A DNA stretch of 64,000 nucleotides from Octopus vulgaris (taxonomy: Eukaryota). The stretch is taken from positions 136,586,001 to 136,650,000 of the forward strand of contig OX597814.1 of the NCBI GenBank assembly GCA_951406725.2. Direction: 5' to 3'. The notes below the pieces were generated by a model. It did not search any database and was not told the DNA's origin. It saw only the letters and a program-made list of their open reading frames with translations. Position 1 is the stretch's first letter; every line of letters begins with the position of its first letter. Shown one piece after another: positions 25,817 through 38,964 of this stretch. The translations under genes and the position numbers were made by a program.

Positions 25817-26970
25817 TCACCGAAGACTTTGTTTTCGTTAGTTTTCCTTCTGTTTTACATATGTGGGTTACATGTATATGTTCTTTGTGGAGTTATACTT
25901 GTAGAAAATAGAAATAAGCAGTCTTTGACTGCTATTTCAAATTTTTCGGTATGTGGCTAAGCAACCGGTTGCTTGCCTTTATATATATATATATGCATGC
26001 TAATACAAGACCCACATTAGACTCCTCACTCGTATCACTATGGAACCAAGAGTTTAACTACAGTCTGTCCATAGCACTTACTTAGCGTTACCTGCCACTC
26101 TTTGGGTCTTCTAGATATAGATTCCTCTCATACATACATATATATATATATACACATATATATATATATACACATATACACATATGCACACACAAATACA
26201 CATATGCACACACAAATACATATCTAGCCACACACATACACATGCACATATAAATATGCATGTATTTATATGTCAGTTTACACATATGTATATATGTATG
26301 TGCATGTGTGTGCGTGCGTGTTAACCGGTGGTCTAAGCTAGGTATTACAGTTTTGTAAAAGTAAATCTAACTTTTGTAAACTTAAGTCTAAGTTTTGTAA
26401 ACGTACATCCAACTTATCAAAGGTTTTGTCTCAGAGTGGGGTGTGAATAATATACCTTCGACTTAAAGACAACTTGAAGATCTTCATGTGACCGATAGAA
26501 CAAGTACCAGGCTTGAAATATAAGTACTTGCGTTGATTCATTGAACTAAACATTCAAGACAAGGGCCCAGCATGGCCGCAGTGATATGACAGAAACAAGT
26601 AGAAGATAAACGGTACTACTCATACTCTGTGTAGTGGGAACGTTTCGGTTAGCGTAACCATAAATGTTGGCGTAAAATAAAAAGAAGTAAAGTTTGAGTA
26701 TCTACTAGTCTCCATATTCTCTACCGATCTAATTATTGCAAATATACACTCCAGATAATAATACTATCCTGTGAAACGAACACGGATTTACTCATCGGAG
26801 GAAGTTTACAGCATGAGTGATAACTCCTGTTAATCATAGATGTTAAGTACATACCATAACCCAGAACATGACAGAGACCTACCACGGTATGCGCCCGGGT
26901 AATATATCACCCTAAACGCACGCACACATACACACACACATACACACACACACACATATATATATTTATA

Positions 26971-27290
26971 TCTATTATATAAAATCCGTTCTGTCTGTCT
27001 GTCTGTGTGTCTTCTAGGATCTCGGGCATCCTCCATCCGATTGCGCTCAAATTTGATATGTAGATACCGACGGTATCAGGGTATGTATAAGTCTTGAAAA
27101 AATTACAAAAATCGATTCCAGATGAGAATGCGATCGATAAAGCATTCTTTGGAATAGAGAAAAGTCTATCTTTATTTCATCTTTTGCTGGTGTCTCAAAT
27201 TTAGGTTAAATCAGTGTTTCTTAAAGGGGATACCTATGGGACGGTTGGACAAGTTGTTTTGAGAAAAATTTGGTTTAAATGTTTGACAAC
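26971..27290 (+). mobile_element. Non-autonomous Helitron 5' portion
   Basis: a|TCtattatataaaatccgttctgtctgtctgtctg is a typical Helitron 5' terminus; no 3' CTAG end located. Confidence 0.6.
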
Positions 27291-27344
27291 TCATCACCGT
27301 TCATTGGAGTGGGGGAGGGCATTTTGCTCGTATATATATATAAG

Positions 27345-27557
27345 CAATGTAACTACATGTAACCCGTTGGCGATTTTTTCTCCTCCTCCTTCTTTGGGCT
27401 TTGCTCTTTCTCCTTTCAGACGAAGGGCTATGCTCGAAACGTTAACCTCTCTCCTTTCACCGACATTTCTTACGCACATCCTCATGTTCATTATTTCTCT
27501 CTTTTTTTTTCGTTTTTTATCCGTTTATTTCAATTGTTTCTTTATTTGAATTGACTA
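27345..27557 (+). mobile_element. Penelope-like pLTR 3' fragment
   Basis: CAGACGA-A-GGGC-tat-GCTC-GAAACGTT (27417-27443); related to 41760-41980; TA on both sides. Confidence 0.65.
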
Positions 27558-27688
27558 TATATATACGTGGCATGACCAATATATATCCGGCTTGTCGCCA
27601 TAGTAACGCCGCTAAAGCACGCAGAGTAAAGCCGCTGGGCACAGATTGACTTTGACCTTTGCTATGCATGGTCACCAAGTTTTAACTA

Positions 27689-27741
<53 letters not shown>

Positions 27742-27786
27742 ATTTATACAGACACACACATATGTACACACATCACACACACACAA

Positions 27787-27824
<38 letters not shown>

Positions 27825-28244
27825 GTATACACACGCACACATATTCACATATGCGTGTGTACAGGTAATAATCTACATATGTATGTATGTATGAATGTAT
27901 GTACGTACGTATGTATGTATGCATGCATGTATGTATGTATGTATGTATGTATGTATGTATGTATGTATGTATGTATGTATGTATGTATGTATGTATGCAT
28001 GTATGCATGTATGTATGCATGTATGCATGTATGTATGTATGTATACATGTATGTACGCATGTATGTATGTATGCATGCATGTACGTATGTATGTATGTAT
28101 GTACGGGCGTGGGATTTCAATTTTTAACTTACAACTTTATTGACAGAATTAAAAGTATGTGAATCTTTTTTCTCAATGTTCACAGCTTTTATTCCTTTAG
28201 AAAAACACCATAAAACTCTCTTTCTCTCGCTCTCTCTCCCTGTA

Positions 28245-28274
<30 letters not shown>

Positions 28275-28276
<2 letters not shown>

Positions 28277-28452
28277 CCCTCTTTGGGATCTTTCCTTCTC
28301 CTTGTTTCCGACGAAGAGCTCCGCTCGGAACGTTAAACCCTCCTTCCCTTCTTTCCTGAGCATCAATAATACTTTAATTGTTCCACGTCCTGCGTTGCTG
28401 TGTATTTTTCTCCTTTTTTTCTCTTTTTTTCTGTTTTCTTGTTTGGATTAAC

Positions 28453-28453
<1 letters not shown>
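28275..28453 (+). mobile_element. Solo 3' pLTR fragment of the Neptune-type family
   Basis: Homologous to 41810-41980, including gtttCCGACGAagagctccgctcGGAAcgttaaac; flanked by (TA)n. Confidence 0.8.
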
Positions 28454-28527
<74 letters not shown>

Positions 28528-28663
28528 GTGAGTATGATTGAATCTGTGCGTGTGACGGTATACTTGTAGGTGTGCAGTGTGCAAGTGTGCATACATATGT
28601 ATGTGTCTGTATATGTATATATCTATAAATTTCAGTATATATGTGTACGTACAGAGATGTAAA

Positions 28664-28722
<59 letters not shown>

Positions 28723-29089
28723 TTGTGTGTATGTGTGCATATATATGTAAGTATGTATGATTTTTGCTACAGAGAAAAATATAGATCAATTTTCCACGAC
28801 TAGATACACATACATACGCCAGTAACAGACATATTGGCATATAATTACACGATCAAACGAAATTATAGACACGTATGTTAGTGTGCTTGTGTGTGAAACT
28901 TTTAGTGATGACCGAGTGTATATATGTGTGCCAATGTACTTAGAAATATGTATGTGTACATGTTTGTCTGTCTGTATGTGTGTACCTGTGTGGATGTGCG
29001 AACGTGGGAGCATGTGTGACCGTCTGCTTCCCTATCGATGTATCTGCTCACAGACAAATTTAAGGTGAAGTCGAATTATTTAAAGTACT

Positions 29090-29726
29090 TTATAGAAAGA
29101 AAGAGGGAAAGAATTGACATGAGGAATAAAAGTACGAGAGAGGCAGAGGATGAGAGAGAGAGAGCAAGGCAGCATTGGAAGTGAGAGAAGGAGTGAAGAA
29201 AGAAAAGGAGGATTACTAAGTGAGAAAGAAGTTACGGGGGAAAAGAGAAAAGGTATGAAATACTTTAGAGCGTGAATAAACAAGGTTTATAAGAAGAAAA
29301 GAAAGAGAGGACGAAAGAGAGAGAAAAAAGAGAGAAAACGGGAAAAAGAGAGACAGGGTAGTGGGAATGAATGAAATATGTGAGAAATAGAGCGGGGAAA
29401 TCTTTATGTTTGAGAGAGAGAGAGAGAGAGAGAATGAGGGGTTTGGTTTGAGGTTGAGAAAAATTCATTTATACATACTTATACACAGTAAAATGTGTGC
29501 GTATGTATGTGTGTATGTATGTATGTAAGTATATGTATGTAAGTATATGTATGTATGTATGTATGTATGCATGCATGCATGTATGTATGTATGTATGTAT
29601 GTATGCATGTATGTATGTATATATGTGTGTGCATGTATATATATATACATATATATGGATATATATATACATATATATACATATATATGGATATATACAC
29701 ACACACACAATTGTATATATATATAT

Positions 29727-29759
<33 letters not shown>

Positions 29760-29782
29760 TATGCATACACACATATACATAC

Positions 29783-29813
<31 letters not shown>

Positions 29814-29824
29814 TGTGTGTGTGC

Positions 29825-29872
<48 letters not shown>

Positions 29873-29919
29873 GGATATATACACACACAATTGTATTTAT
29901 ATATATATATATATATATG

Positions 29920-29971
<52 letters not shown>

Positions 29972-30418
29972 TACACACATATACATACATACGTAAGCAT
30001 ATACATATACATCGTGTGTATGTAGTAAAGAGAGAGGTAGAAGGAAATATGATGAGAGTGTGAGGGTGAGGGTGAATGAGGAGTGATAAGAGAGACGAAG
30101 AAGAAAAGGAAAGTAGACAAACAGACAGAAAGTGACAGAGAAGATGGGGAAGGAGGAGAGCAGAAGTTAAACTGGGAGTGAAAAAGTGAGGAGACAGTGA
30201 ACGAAGGAAAGAATAATGCGGGAAAGAAGAAAGAGAGGGAAAGAAGACAATGCGAGAGAGGTGGGGGGAGATGCCTAGGGGAAAAAGAAGAAAGGTAAGA
30301 AATAAATAGAAATAAGTGGAATGAGAGGAAACAGGAGGGCAGAGGGAGGTTGTTATGTGGCGAAAGATTACAAGAAGAAGGGAAAGAGAGACGAAGAGAG
30401 ACAAGCAAGGATGTATAA

Positions 30419-30461
<43 letters not shown>

Positions 30462-30540
30462 TGTATATAGGTGTATGTAAATATAGAGAGAAAGAGAGGG
30501 GGAGAGACGGGGAGAGAGACAAGGATAAGAAGATATATGA
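29090..30540. repeat. Two degenerate polypurine (GA-rich) tracts flanking a duplicated TA/TACA block
   Basis: 29095-29440 and 30030-30410 are overwhelmingly A/G; atggatatatacacac..caattgta is repeated at ~29690 and ~29870. Confidence 0.8.
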
Positions 30541-30672
30541 TGTACAACACGAGAAAGACTAGTGAATGATTGTGTAGATGTGTTGGTAGATAGAGCGATG
30601 CTGACTTTCAGTTTTGACACAGCCAAACGGCCAATATTGACTGGTTGCTATGTATGACGTCATACGTAATAT

Positions 30673-30708
<36 letters not shown>

Positions 30709-31496
30709 ACTCTCTCTCTCCCTCTCTCTCCGGTGCAGGCTTAATGGTATTATCATCTTTCATTCATTCACCGAGGTAACATCTATTTAGTAGAGCTAGC
30801 CCTGCAAGAATTAGCAGCTAAACGTCCCCTGAAATTACGTCATATCTTATTCCAAAAGAAAGAAAAAAAGAAGCGAGAAGTCACTTCTTTGACAATGTAG
30901 TGTTTGGGTCATCTATTGTCTACTTCGTCTTCATGTGGACATTGGATACACACAAAGACGAGATAGTCAAGGCTGGGACGTCTTTGTTCAGAGTTCGGCT
31001 TGTTCAGATTGAATATTATACGTGTTCACAACCATTTCACTCAACCCACCCTCCCACTCATTCACGTACTTACCCTCTATCTCTTTGAAATGCTCATCCT
31101 TTCTTTCTCGTATACACATCGTTTACTCACCCAACTAACCATTCACTAACCAATATTCCCTCCCTTCCCATTCGACCCCTCATCTTTCACATAAACTCAC
31201 CCATTCAATTAGTTTTCTTTTTCAAATCAACTTACGACTGAACCACACACTCACCCACTCTCTTAGCATCTCTAGAACTTATTTCTTTCCCCATATTAAT
31301 CGCTCCCCTATACTTAATGTCTCACCAACTGTGACTATACGTGGCTCTGTTTTCTTATTTGGCCTCCTACCAACCCAATCACTGTCAACAAACTGGAATT
31401 CGTTCTATTCTTTCCGATCATATATCCTCGAGTTTACTCAGTTACAGACACCAGTCAAAGAACAGTCAATACTTCAGCAGTTTACGAAGTTTTCGC

Positions 31497-32100
31497 GCAG
31501 GCGTGGTTGTGCGGTAAGAGGATGACCCAAAGATTGTGCGAACTGGCGAAATGCTTAGTGGTATTTCGTCTGCCGCTACGTTCTGAGTTCAAATTCCGCC
31601 GGAGTCGACTTTCCCTTTCATCCTTTCGGGGTCGATAAATTAAGTACCAGTTACGCACTGGAGTCGATGTAATCGACTTAATCCGTTTGTCTGTCCTTGT
31701 TTTTCCCCTTTGTATATAGCCCCTTGTGGGCAGCAAAGAAATAAGAAGATTGCTGCTCATCCACATGGTTCTGGGTTCAGTCCTACTGCGTGGTGCCTTG
31801 GGCAAGTGTCCTCTACTCTAGCTTCGGGCCGAGCAAATCCTTGTGGATGAATTTGGTAGACGGAAACTGAAAGAAGCTCGTCATATAAATGTATATATTT
31901 GTGTGTCTGTGTTAGCTCCCCACACCATCTCTTGACAACAGATGCTGGTGTGTTTACTTCCCCGTAACTTAGCTGTTCGGTAAAAGAGACCGATAGAATA
32001 AGTACTAGGCTTACAAAGAATAAGTCCTGGGGTCGATTTGTTCGACTAAAGGCGGTGTTCCAACATGGCCACAGTCAAATGACTGAGACAAGTAAAAGAA
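31497..32100 (+). mobile_element. SINE family A, full length, interrupted by a family B SINE
   Basis: Head gcaggcgtggttgtgcggtaaga resumes as taagaagattgct at ~31742; tail ggcggtgttccaacatggccacagtcaaatgactgagacaagtaaaaga. Confidence 0.88.
31521..31746 (+). mobile_element. SINE family B (Tx1-like tail) nested in SINE A
   Basis: Family B body; tail agccccttgtgggcagcaaagaaa; taaga duplicated at the junctions. Confidence 0.85.
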
Positions 32101-32389
32101 TATATATGCAGCAATAACTTTTTAATTCTCATACGCGTGATAATACTGATAAGATAGCGGGAACAGGATAGATATCCATAGATTGCAGAAAAATACGTTA
32201 CCGGCCAGCCATGACACACAAACTCACATCCCTGTTATTACGCGTCAAGTGCTTTACCATTAAGCTAAACTGCCCAGTAACGAATTTTAGAGCTTCAGTT
32301 CTAAAATTGCAGAAGAATCCATACTGGACAAATCAAGTTCAAATTTCTTGAGCACTTCAAAGTATATTCTATATAGAGAACACCCGTTT

Positions 32390-32442
<53 letters not shown>

Positions 32443-32511
32443 TACATATTTAAATATAAATGGTATACAGATACATAATAATATATATATTATATAACAT
32501 ACATAGATATA

Positions 32512-32573
<62 letters not shown>

Positions 32574-32585
32574 TACATAGATATA

Positions 32586-32649
<64 letters not shown>

Positions 32650-32689
32650 TGGCATATCTTCACATCAAAATAAATATATATCATAACGT

Positions 32690-33365
32690 ATATACGGAAA
32701 CAAACATTAAAATAAACTGTCTGGTATATATAATATTAAAATGTTAAAAGGAGGAAATTCCACAATAAATTAAGCAATAAATTAAAAAATAAATTATTGC
32801 ACAATAAATTAATATAACATAATTAAACGCGTGAGTAAACAATAAAAATTAAAATAAACCTCGGCGTATCTTAAGCTTAAATTTGTAAAACAGTGGAAGG
32901 CTTTCTTAAAAGTCGGATGTAAATAAACTGTGAAGTCGAAATACATACAAGCATTGTAATACAAAAAAACTTTAACGTGTAAAGTCAATTTCAAATGCGA
33001 CAGTCAAAATTTTCCGAAAGTCAAAACAATTTACCCATTACAGTATTTTATCGGTTGACATTTTAAACCACGCGGCGTGCCTTGCAGGAGTTTAAGAGCT
33101 TGCGTCTGTGGTTCAAAGCATATCTATCCTGGAACAGGATGAAGAACTTTTCTGAGAGGCAAAGGTTACATTTCATGGGTCTTTTATAAGCTCCATGTCT
33201 GTATGATGGTGCTTATTCTAAAATTTCCCATGTTATATTGAAAGGGCGGGTGTCATTCTCTTTCAATTCCCAGACATACTTTGCAAGACTAGTTGCTGTC
33301 CTTTTCTCCAGGTATCGGAAAGAATTTCGGTGGGAATAAAACCGAGTCTTGAATGAATATCCACA
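32690..33365 (-). mobile_element. Naiad-type Penelope GIY-YIG C-terminal fragment plus 3' UTR
   Basis: Minus strand: FKTRFYSHRNSFRYLEKRTATSLAKYVWELKE...ITWEIL...CNLCLSEKFFI...LNHR (33070-33355); ends near (TA)n. Confidence 0.8.
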
Positions 33366-33429
33366 TTTTCTAGAACAAAACAATGAGTATTATTTCATTA
33401 ATCAAACGGAAAGTCCGTTTGAGAAATGA

Positions 33430-33690
33430 AAGAATAAGAGAAATCATGAAAGTTATCAACATCGACGAGTGGCTTATGGTTTATGAGAAGTAGATGAATA
33501 TGGTGTGCTATCGGACCAGATAGCACCCTGGAGGCTTGAGAAAACAACAAGACGACGGCCAATTAAGACCAACATGGCCGAGAACAAAGCGGAGAAAGAC
33601 AGAGAATGACATGAATGAGGTTAAAGACAAGACTGTACAGGGATGGTTGGCGTGAATATTTGAAGCACTTTCGCGTCATTATCATCGTCA
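33430..33690 (+). mobile_element. Decayed RTE-like LINE 3' fragment
   Basis: RP..RPTWPRT...NEVK...RDGWREYL resembles the RTE ORF2 C-terminus. Confidence 0.45.
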
Positions 33691-33706
33691 CCGCCGCCGC
33701 TGCCGC

Positions 33707-33778
<72 letters not shown>

Positions 33779-33788
33779 GTTGGTGGTG

Positions 33789-33861
<73 letters not shown>
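33707..33861. repeat. (GTA)n/(GTG)n trinucleotide microsatellite
   Basis: Seen directly. Confidence 0.97.
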
Positions 33862-34524
33862 CCAATAATTGATCTGGAAATACACTATTTAGCTAGACCC
33901 TCTACATCATTAATACATCACACAAATTAAGCATTTCCCCGATGCTACGTTACCATTAATATACTGTCATCTTTACCTCACTACATTGCTAGCTCTACAA
34001 CAAAGTATATACTTTACTATACTACACAGCTGTACATACGTCACACTGCTTAGCTCCATTACACTAATAAACCATTACTACAACTCAGTACTTGAGCTGA
34101 CAAAAACCTGCAGCTTATGTAATTTTGAGAAGAATCTTAACAAATATGATTACGATTAAAATATTAGATCTGAGATCTTCCATAAATGCAAGCATTTCGG
34201 GAAGTTATCTTAAACATCTAGGAAAAAGCACGCAAACACCAGAATAAGTAGATTTAACATAGTGACACATCGTGTAAACATACAAAGACATATAACTTAT
34301 TTTGGCAAATTTCAGTGTACCTGGTATTCGTAGCTGTTTACAACACTACTGACTAAAATAGTCGAACACGTAATTATCAGTGATGAAATAAAGAGACAAG
34401 ACATTCATACCCATAGCCATACTAAATGAGTTCTATCTTTTACATCAACTCGCACCAAACCGGATATATATCATATGAATCCGAGTTTTCATGTGTGAAG
34501 AGCTGATATTGTACTCTCGGTTGA

Positions 34525-34706
34525 TTCATCATCATGATCATCATCATCCTCATCATCGTCATCATCATCATCATCATCACCATCGTTATCATAATCATAA
34601 TCATCATCGTCGTCGTCATCATCATCATCATTGTTATCATAATCATCGATATCATAATCATCATCATCATCAACATCATTATCAACAGCGTCATCGTCAT
34701 CGTCAA

Positions 34707-34747
<41 letters not shown>

Positions 34748-34772
34748 ACATCATCATCGTTAACATCAATAT
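34525..34772. repeat. Degenerate (CAT)n microsatellite
   Basis: Seen directly. Confidence 0.95.
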
Positions 34773-34879
34773 CAAACTCTGGATATTACAGTCTCGAGTC
34801 CCAGGACTCATAGGAATGATTACTCGATTTCCGACTTCCATGACATCTAAGTGACCAAAATCACAACATTTCCCCTAAA

Positions 34880-35405
34880 CAGGATGTCAGTAAGTCGCAG
34901 GGTTACACATTTACTACCGAGTCACTGGGGCAACGTGAAATAACATGTTTTTCTCAAGAACACAACATACCGCCGGCCTGGAAATCGAAACCATGATCTA
35001 GCAGGCAATTCTATAACCACTAAGCCACGCACCTTCACGTCTGGAAATTACTGATTTTAAATTTTGGTACAAGGCTAGCAATTTGGGTGGGGGGAGCTAG
35101 TCGGTTACAGCGACCCCAGTGCGCAACTGGTACTAATTATACCGACCCCCGAAAAGATGAAAGGCAAAGTCGACCTCGGCAGAATTTGAATTCAGAACGT
35201 GAACCGCTAAGCAATTTCCCCGGCGTGCTAACGATCCTACCACATTTACACGAATATATACTGGTTTCAAATTTTGGCACAAGGCCAGCAGTTCCTGGGA
35301 GGGGACTAAGTCGATTACATCGTCCCCAGTGCTCACCAGGTACTTATTTTATCGCCCCTGTAAAGATGAAACGCAAAGTGAACCTCGCCGGAATTTCAAC
35401 TCAAA
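34880..35405 (-). mobile_element. Cluster of three SINEs (one CORE-type, two family B)
   Basis: caacgtgaaataacatgtttttctcaagaacacaac (family C-like), then two gaccccc..gatgaaaggcaaagtcgacctcggc-type bodies. Confidence 0.75.
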
Positions 35406-36056
35406 CGCGAATATATATTAGTAAATAAAACATTGAGTTGTTTTAACCTATATATCCATATACCTACATGCACACACATACATATGCACGCACAGACACG
35501 CACACACACAAACATATATATGTACGATTAACGTGTAATTGAATATATATTAATATATACACTCACAAACACATATGCACTCAACAACCGTACACTTTTA
35601 TAGTCATATAAAATATTTCGTATTATGTATCGGTACGTATGCATGTATACGTGGGTTTATTTTTCTATATGTGTATTCGTGTGTGTGTGCGCGTGTGTGT
35701 GTGTGCGTTTATTCATGTGTGTGTACGCACGTACACTAATACCTTGGGATACGCAGTTAATATGTTCCACTTTTTTAATTTACTATCAGGAAATTCGCTA
35801 TCAGGTTAAGGGAAAACGTAGTTTATATAGAGATAAGTTATTTTAATAATTTAATCATTATTATTATAATAATTGAAAGAAATATAATCCTATTTAAAAT
35901 AATGCTTATCTCTCTCTTTCTCTCTAGATATATATATATATGTATGTATGTATGCATGTACGTATGTAGGTATAATATAGAAAGGAAAAAATATATATAT
36001 ACCTATTTTTATATATTTGTGCATATATATATATATATATGTATATGCATATACAA

Positions 36057-36088
<32 letters not shown>

Positions 36089-36128
36089 ATAATACCTATA
36101 TATATATATACATATTTGTGTGTGTGTT

Positions 36129-36166
<38 letters not shown>

Positions 36167-36399
36167 TACAGAAAGGGATGTATGTATACATACATACTTA
36201 CATACACACACACACATACACATGTTTACATTCATAGTTGTTTTGAAGAAATTATATGAAATTTAATAATAAAAATGCGCAATTTATCTAAAAGAGAAAT
36301 CCTTTGAACAAAATTATTAGTAATTTAGTACTAAAAGTATACATTATCTTTAGTTTATGCAACAAGTAAATAAAAAAGAAGAAACAATAAAAAATAAAT

Positions 36400-38150
36400 A
36401 TGGTGCAACTAGTTTCCTTCTACTTTTATTTTCATATGCAAATGCATCAATTGTTGACTAATTTGACTTCTTAAGAACCTCAAATTCTTTCATATAGCAG
36501 TTAAGTACTAGCATTATTGATGTTTCCATACTACATTCAAAACGTGGATCATTCTGAGAAATCGTTTTCTTAAGAACAATGATGCTTTTCGATTTTTCTG
36601 TGGTAAAACCCGATTGTGAAGTGTTTTCTTCATTTGCATTTTTGGTAACTTTTCAAAGCATCATAGATATGACGCTCGTTATCAGCATGTAATTTAGCCT
36701 AAATAAAATTTCCATCGACTGTCTCAACTCTCACTTCCTCTGCAATTTGTACAAAGGAATTGCTCTTTTGAAACTGTTTCATCCTGTATATTATGGTCTT
36801 CTTGGATCGCATTTGGATACAGTTTTTTTTCAAACTCCCGTGAAATATGTACGTTTATTTTAATGTGTTTCTTTAAAATTGTTATTTCTTGCATAATGTT
36901 AATTTTCCAGAATTTTTAGATAGATTAATATCTAACTAGCTTAAAATATATTCTAAGGTAATATGCTTTGAGAATGGAATTAACTCCCTGTAGTTGCAAA
37001 GCTGTGTTTGATGGAATGAAGCGTTCGCACCTCTAGATAGAATCAAAATGTCAAGGCATATAAGAAGTGTCGTGCAAAAGCAGAGGTGTTTTAGGCTCGA
37101 AATTATTCTTCTCATGATAAACTTTACAGTAGGACTAAAATCTTCAACCAAACATTCAGTAATCGAATCTCACGTAACTAGAACCTTCCATATGACAGGA
37201 ACATGTGAGTGACTGGCTGCTGTCTTTTGAACGCATAACGTGAGGTTTATTCTAAGGAGGTGGTGGTAAAGAAACGGAAAATTTGCAAGCACTTTTCATT
37301 ACACTTGGACTGATGGTAGTCTCTCGTAGTCAGACAGTTTTGCAATTTTTTTGCTGGACAAATGATTTTTTTTATAGTGGTCAAATGTATGTGCTGTACA
37401 ATAAGTCACTCTCTCCATGAAGACGATGTTGTTTGAACAGGTTAAATAGTGTAGCATACGTTAGGTGTCGAAATGTTCACAAAGCAACGTGTGACGAAGT
37501 GTTTTACTCAGGAACACAACGCACCCTGCGGTTCAGGAATTGAAACTCCGATTTCGAGGTCGTGAGTGCAACATTCTAACCATTAGGCCATGTACCCTCG
37601 CACGCTTAGTCTACAGAATTATAAAGAAACAATGAGTACAGTTTCAAGTCTTCAGTCATTTGTTCCTTACAACGTAAGATGATCCCTACTGTTTTATAAA
37701 CTGATGCATTTACCGATCCGTTGAGATTAAAAAGAAAAAAGAATTAACTGCTTCCGAAATAGCCCAGATTCATATACATCAAAAACTAAATCCTGTGGAT
37801 ATATATTATACTATATTAGCCTTCAGCTTTGTTGGAAATTCCATTGCAACCTAGATCATCAGCTGCTGATTCTCTTGTTATCTGAATACAATGGTGATTA
37901 AATAATCTGTTGAAATTTTCAAACCAGGAGCGAGAAACAATACATATTTGAGCAGCTTCTTCAACTAACGCTTGCTGCAATTGCTGAAATAAATTTACCA
38001 ACTTTTGCGGGATAATGCAAGTGAGATAGTGGCAAGTGACACCGTAATTTGACATTTACCCAAGCAATTAACGGCTACTTTATATTTTCCATGATTTTTA
38101 TTACGTGTCCATGTTAGTTTAAACATTTTACGCATAGTTGAAGTATGTTT
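36400..38150 (-). mobile_element. Decayed pogo/Tigger-like DNA transposon
   Basis: VSRSWFENFNRLFNHHCIQITRESAADD (cf. ASRGWF..F..R......ITGESASAD) and LVFDVYESGLFRK (cf. VFNVDETGLFWK); a SINE is inserted at ~37440-37600. Confidence 0.7.
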
Positions 38151-38294
38151 TGTCTTCGTTTTTATTTTATATATAAAAATAAAACCGTTTTTATTTTTAT
38201 TTTCATTTCTTTTCTTTCACCTCTTTAGCTTCGTACCTAATGATACTATTTTGCTCTTACGTGCAATAATGAGATAGCAAAGATACCTTTTTTT

Positions 38295-38520
38295 TATCTT
38301 TTGCTTATTTCAGTCATTTGCTTGCAGCCATACTGGGACACCACCTTGAATTTTTAACCGAATGTATCGACCCCAGTAGTTATCTATATAAAGCCGGGTA
38401 CTTATTCTATTGGCCTCTTTTGCAAAATCGCTAAGTTTCGAGGACGTAAACACACAAACACCGGTTTCAAGCGGTGGGGAGGGACAAACACAGACACTAA
38501 GACACACGCGCGCGCATATA
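38295..38520 (-). mobile_element. SINE family A 3' half (its 5' half is at 42087-42248)
   Basis: The two halves are collinear and rebuild one SINE split at its internal TA tract. Confidence 0.8.
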
Positions 38521-38526
38521 TATATA

Positions 38527-38964
38527 TCTCCTTCCCCCTCAGCCCCACACGGATCATTCCCTTGCTCTAGATCCCGCTGCAACACTTGCCCCTTCATCAC
38601 CAACACCACCGCTGTCACCGGCTCCAACCAGCATACTGTACGCATTAGGCACTCTTTTACGTGCACCTCGTCTGGCCTTATTTACTGCATTAAATGCAAC
38701 CTATGCGGGATGCTGTATGTAGGACAGACGGGACGCCGGTTGTCCGACCGTTTCACTGAACATTTGAGGGACGTTCGCCTACACTCTTTTTCTCCCGTCG
38801 CACGCCACTTCCGCTCGGACGGCCATTCCCTAGATGACATCTCAGTGTTTGGTCTCGCCCCCCACAATGGTCGCCCACTTTCCAGGCTCCACTTGGAGCA
38901 ACGCTACATCTTCACCCTACAAACTACTACCCCACACGGACTTAACACAGCCCCCTCCTCTTGA
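38527..38964 (+). CDS. GIY-YIG endonuclease domain of a Penelope-like element (5'-truncated, frame intact)
   Basis: CSRSRCNTC...FTCTSSGLIYCIKCNLCGMLYVGQTGRRLSDRFTEH...VARHF...EQRYIFTLQTTTPHGLN. Confidence 0.92.
   Translation, partial: SPSPSAPHGSFPCSRSRCNTCPFITNTTAVTGSNQHTVRIRHSFTCTSSGLIYCIKCNLCGMLYVGQTGRRLSDRFTEHLRDVRLHSFSPVARHFRSDGHSLDDISVFGLAPHNGRPLSRLHLEQRYIFTLQTTTPHGLNTAPSS

Noticed and set aside
26635-26670. Minus-strand ggtt-acgct-aacc-GAAACGTT half-hammerhead
   Set aside because: No CUGANGA-like strand upstream.
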